Shown here in pieces: positions 60,133-64,000 of a stretch of 64,000 nucleotides of DNA. The notes beneath the pieces are model-generated. The model was not told the DNA's origin. It ran no database searches and was given only the letters and a program-made list of their open reading frames with translations. Made by a program: the position numbers and the translations under genes. The stretch is from NCBI GenBank assembly GCA_031962025.1, contig JAVRKW010000001.1. One strand, written 5' to 3'. The first letter of the stretch is position 1; the number at the start of each line of letters is the position of its first letter. This DNA is from Pseudothermotoga sp. Its GTDB lineage: Bacteria; Thermotogota; Thermotogae; Thermotogales; DSM-5069.

Positions 60133-61676
60133 AAACTCACAGACTCCTTTATCTGATCATCGCTCTGCCTTTTTGCGCCGAGCATGTAATATCCTAAATC
60201 TGTTTCGGTGAGATTTTGATTTCTCAAATGTGCAACTATTTCACCTTTGTAAAGGATGAGTATTCTGTCTGCGATCTGAAGTACCTCCTGTAAATCGGTC
60301 GATATGAGAAGCACTCCTTTGCCTTCATTTCTTATCTGGATGAGTTTTTTGCGAATGAATTCACTTGAAGCAACATCTATACCGTGAGTAGGTTGATTCG
60401 CTATTACTATTTTTGAAGAATTGGTCATCTCGCGGGCAACGACAACTTTTTGCATATTTCCACCGGAAAGCATTCTGACCATTGTCGCTGGACTTTTTGC
60501 TCTGATGTTGAATTCCTTTATCATCCTGCTGGCAAAATCAGTTGCGGTTTTCTTTTTATAAAACAGTTTACCGGAATAGGGTTTTGTGTGAAATCTATCT
60601 GATATCAGGTTTTCTGCAATGGATAGGTCAAGTGCACATCCCACCTCAACTCTGTCCTCTGGAATGTGAGAAATACCAGCCTGTCTGATCTTCCAGGGGT
60701 ATGCACCGAGTATATTGCTGTTGTTCAATAGGATCTGACCAGTGGCTTTTTCTCTCAAACCGGTTAATATTTCGACCAGTTCTTTCTGACCGTTACCTTC
60801 AAGTCCTGCTATAGCCAGTATTTCCCCGGCTCTCAAAGAAAAAGTGATATTTTTAAGAACATGGGCACCATCTTCACGAAAATAATTCAGGTCCTTCACA
60901 GTTAACAAAATTTCCCCGGGTTCTCTCAGTTCTCTTTTTATGTCATATTCAAATTTTCTTCCGATCATGAGTTCAACGATATCAGTTTCGGTGAGATCTT
61001 TGTTTTCATAAGTTCCAACAACCTGTGCGTTGCGCATCACTGTTATTCTGTCGGCTATCTGTTTAACTTCATTCAGTTTGTGTGTTATAAAGATAACTGT
61101 TAAACCATTTTTGATCAATCTTCTGAGCACCTCGAACAGGTCATTCACTTCCTGCGGTGTCAGAACTGACGAAGGTTCATCGAGTATCAGTATCTTTGCA
61201 CCCCTCACGAGTGCTTTCAAAATCTCTATTCTCTGCTTCACACCAACCGGCAGATCTAAAACTTTTTCCCACAGTGGAATCTCGAAGTTCAAACTTCTGG
61301 CGTATTCAGAAATTATATTCTCCATCTTTTTAAAGTCGGCTGAGAAAAACCTTTTTCTTGGTTCTATACCCAGCATGATGTTCTCAACCACACTGAATGA
61401 CGGGACGAGCATGAAATGTTGATGCACCATGCCTATTCCAAGGGCAATGGCTTCCTTGGGTGAATTTATATGAACTGTTTTACCGAAGACTCTTATCTCG
61501 CCACTCGTGGGTTTTTCGATGCCAAAGAAGATCTTCATGAGTGTGGTTTTCCCAGCACCATTTTCACCGACTATTGCATGGACTTCGCCTTGATTGATTG
61601 AAACATTCACATTTTTGTTTGCAACGACACCATTTGGATAAATCTTTGTGATGTCAATGGCTTCGATTGCCTTCAT
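60129..61676 (-). CDS. Nucleoside ABC transporter ATP-binding protein (two NBDs)
   Basis: GENGAGKT, GMVHQHF and LSGGNMQK motifs. Confidence 0.92.
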   Translation of the reverse strand: MKAIEAIDITKIYPNGVVANKNVNVSINQGEVHAIVGENGAGKTTLMKIFFGIEKPTSGEIRVFGKTVHINSPKEAIALGIGMVHQHFMLVPSFSVVENIMLGIEPRKRFFSADFKKMENIISEYARSLNFEIPLWEKVLDLPVGVKQRIEILKALVRGAKILILDEPSSVLTPQEVNDLFEVLRRLIKNGLTVIFITHKLNEVKQIADRITVMRNAQVVGTYENKDLTETDIVELMIGRKFEYDIKRELREPGEILLTVKDLNYFREDGAHVLKNITFSLRAGEILAIAGLEGNGQKELVEILTGLREKATGQILLNNSNILGAYPWKIRQAGISHIPEDRVEVGCALDLSIAENLISDRFHTKPYSGKLFYKKKTATDFASRMIKEFNIRAKSPATMVRMLSGGNMQKVVVAREMTNSSKIVIANQPTHGIDVASSEFIRKKLIQIRNEGKGVLLISTDLQEVLQIADRILILYKGEIVAHLRNQNLTETDLGYYMLGAKRQSDDQIKESVSL

Positions 61677-61711
61677 CTTCTCCCCACCAGAAAGAGGGAG
61701 CAGATGCTCCC

Positions 61712-62776
61712 TCAGGGTTTCACGCTCATTCTCAACTTGTTCAAATCATCTTGAGACATGCCAAAAATTGTACTAACTTTGATCTCACCTTTTGTGATCT
61801 TGTCTTCTATTTCCTTGATCTTGTTGCGGAATTGCTCCGGTACCAATTCTCTGTAATATTTGTTATCTGCCACTCCAACGCCACCTTCTGATATTCCAAG
61901 TGCCTCTGCTTTACCGTAAGTGAGTTTACCTTCCATGTGCAATTTGATGCCTCTGAGTATGGAAATATCGACATTTTTCATCATAGATGTTACTATCCTT
62001 TTAGCTATTTCTATGTCTGTACTTTCGTAGATCAGTGCCTGGTCAGAATCGACACCTATTGCCCAGCGGTCAGCTTCTTTTGCGGCTTCCAGCAACCCTA
62101 TTCCCGTGTTTCCGGCAACGTTGAAGATGATATCTGCTCCCTGACGGTACATGGCAAGGCTCAATTCTTTACCTTTTGCGGGATCGTTGAAACTTCCAAC
62201 ATAGGATATGAGAACTTTTATGTTGGGATTTATATACTTTGCACCTTCGATGTAACCAACCAAAAAGTCATTTATAACTGGAATATCCATACCACCGAGA
62301 AAACCGATGACTGGTTCTGGATTGGTTTTTGGCATTCCAGAAGTTGTGATCAAAGCCGCAAGAGCTCCTACAAGGAAAGAACCTTCATTTTGTTTGTAGA
62401 GTATGGAGTAAACATTGTTTAATCCGGGTTTGGAGTAATCGACCGATGTGTCGAAAATGAAGTATTTTTTGTCTGGGTTCAGTGGGGCTACTTCTTCGAG
62501 AATTTCCTGCATTTGCCAGGTTCCAACGATGATTATGTCGTAATCTTGATCAGAAAGGTCTTCCAGGTACGGTCTCCAGTTTTCCTGTTTGTAAGAAGCT
62601 TCGATGATCTTTCCCTGAATTCCGAGTTGTTTGATAGCCATTTCCAAGCCTCTTCCGGCAGAATCAAAAAAGGACTTGTCTCCAAGATTTCCATTCAAAA
62701 GCAGTGCTACCTTCAGAGGTTTCGCAAAACTCATCAGCATTAATCCAGCAAGCAGCAGAACCAGTAATTTTCTCAC
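61712..62776 (-). CDS. BMP family nucleoside-binding protein
   Basis: LGDKSFFD, EGSFLVG, AIGVDSDQ and TSMMK motifs. Confidence 0.9.
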   Translation of the reverse strand: MRKLLVLLLAGLMLMSFAKPLKVALLLNGNLGDKSFFDSAGRGLEMAIKQLGIQGKIIEASYKQENWRPYLEDLSDQDYDIIIVGTWQMQEILEEVAPLNPDKKYFIFDTSVDYSKPGLNNVYSILYKQNEGSFLVGALAALITTSGMPKTNPEPVIGFLGGMDIPVINDFLVGYIEGAKYINPNIKVLISYVGSFNDPAKGKELSLAMYRQGADIIFNVAGNTGIGLLEAAKEADRWAIGVDSDQALIYESTDIEIAKRIVTSMMKNVDISILRGIKLHMEGKLTYGKAEALGISEGGVGVADNKYYRELVPEQFRNKIKEIEDKITKGEIKVSTIFGMSQDDLNKLRMSVKP

Positions 62777-63522
62777 CTACCAGCACCTCCCTCAATCAGG
62801 ATTTCTATAGCCCTGACGGCTATCTTGATTGAATTTTCCAGACCCATTTCGAATTTTTCACCAGCCTGTATGTATCCTTCATCGATTATTTCTTCTCTGA
62901 CAGTTAAGACTGCGCCTGTTTTTAAGTGTTTTATGCCACCAACTACGTAGAGTGCTCCTATCTCCATTTCTACGGCAAGAACTCCTGCCTTTATCAACTG
63001 CTTTTCAAGATAATCATGCTTTTGTGGGTCAAAATTCCTTCCATAGTACGAATCGGTTGAGAGAACTGTACCGACATGAAAAGGATTTTTGACATCTTTT
63101 GCCGCTTTTACAAGTGCATCGACAACTTGAAAATCCGCAACGGCAGGATATTCAGGAATTATGTATTGAGATGTTGTGCCATCTAATCTGACAGCCGCAT
63201 TCACGATTATGCTGTCTCCGAGTTTCAAATTCTTCTGAAGGGCTCCTGTCGTACCAACCCGTATCACGAATCTTGCATTCGTCGTTGAGAGTTCTTCGAT
63301 ACCTATTGCCATGGCAGGTGCACCCATGCCGGTTGACATGACGCTCACCTTTTCGCCTTTCAAATAACCGGTATAGGTCAGGTACTCTCGATTATCTGCC
63401 ACTTTCACCGCGTTTTCAAAGTACTTTGCTACACGCTCTACTCTACCCCTGTCACCAACAACGATGACATACTTTCCAACATCTTCGGGTTTCACCCTTA
63501 TGTGATATCTGGGATCAACCAT
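62773..63522 (-). CDS. Nucleoside phosphorylase (uridine phosphorylase-like)
   Basis: GDRGRV, NREY, STGMG, RVGTTG and VEME motifs. Confidence 0.88.
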   Translation of the reverse strand: MVDPRYHIRVKPEDVGKYVIVVGDRGRVERVAKYFENAVKVADNREYLTYTGYLKGEKVSVMSTGMGAPAMAIGIEELSTTNARFVIRVGTTGALQKNLKLGDSIIVNAAVRLDGTTSQYIIPEYPAVADFQVVDALVKAAKDVKNPFHVGTVLSTDSYYGRNFDPQKHDYLEKQLIKAGVLAVEMEIGALYVVGGIKHLKTGAVLTVREEIIDEGYIQAGEKFEMGLENSIKIAVRAIEILIEGGAGR

Positions 63523-63525
63523 AGA

Positions 63526-64000
63526 TCAAACCTCCTTCAACAGACTGAGTTTTTCAAAGAAGATGTCAAAGAACTTTGAACTGTCTGCGTTCAACATGAT
63601 TCTGGCATTCGGATTCTTTCCAGTTGTTCGCCATATGTCTACGACTGTCTGTCCGTAGGTCAGCTCTCCCTTTGTTTCAATATCAACATGATAATCTCTG
63701 ACCTGGAAAATCTCCGGATGCAGAAGATACATAACAGTACATGGATCGTGCAGTGGCACTCCTTCTATACCAAAAACCTTTTTGTACGTGGATTTGAAAA
63801 ATACAAGAAGATCTGCCAGAAGGTCGAATTTTGGACCTAACTGTCTCATTCTGTTTACTTCTTTTTCTGTGACTATTACCTTGTGAGTGACATCCAGCGG
63901 TGCCATGACTATTGGAACATCTGAATTGAATACTATCTTTGCAGCTTCTGGATCGGCAAATATATTGAACTCTGCAACGGGCGTAACATTGCCGAATGCA
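63526..64000 (-). CDS. Nucleoside hydrolase (3' part; runs off the window)
   Basis: GNVTPVAEFNIFADPEAA, LDVTH and LHDP motifs. Confidence 0.9.
   Translation of the reverse strand, partial: AFGNVTPVAEFNIFADPEAAKIVFNSDVPIVMAPLDVTHKVIVTEKEVNRMRQLGPKFDLLADLLVFFKSTYKKVFGIEGVPLHDPCTVMYLLHPEIFQVRDYHVDIETKGELTYGQTVVDIWRTTGKNPNARIMLNADSSKFFDIFFEKLSLLKEV

Overview
A 64-kb, gene-dense bacterial chromosomal segment whose proteins (AglA GH4, EF-P, Csp, Fhs/FolD, HydBC-like, TrpB2) look Thermotogota-like. This taxonomic call is an inference from recognised protein sequences. Mostly housekeeping, metabolism and transport: branched-chain and polar amino-acid ABC transporters, gnd, an nqrBCDEF-like Na+/redox operon, oadB plus a tiny oadG-like ORF, fprA-rnhC, the pepQ-efp-nusB-fhs-folD-trpS-scpAB operon, sua5, mgtE, csp, proC and a nucleoside ABC/catabolism operon. 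No rRNA, tRNA or CRISPR array was seen. Main findings: (1) a five-gene minus-strand operon (45839-51660) combining two paralogous Sec-exported pilin-like proteins, a duplicated Ig-fold chaperone-like protein, a short secretin and a secretin-like/beta-barrel hybrid, with no ATPase, usher or type IV prepilin, which is a candidate undescribed surface-fibre assembly system; (2) a double HydC/HydB cluster behind a Rex-like box, with no catalytic subunit and one bifurcating-type plus one non-bifurcating-type module; (3) a complete Trp-Trp-Trp leader-peptide attenuator in front of stand-alone trpB2; (4) a Pro-Pro-stop uORF before mgtE; (5) an IS608-like mini-element with an internally deleted tnpB, inserted into a terminator.
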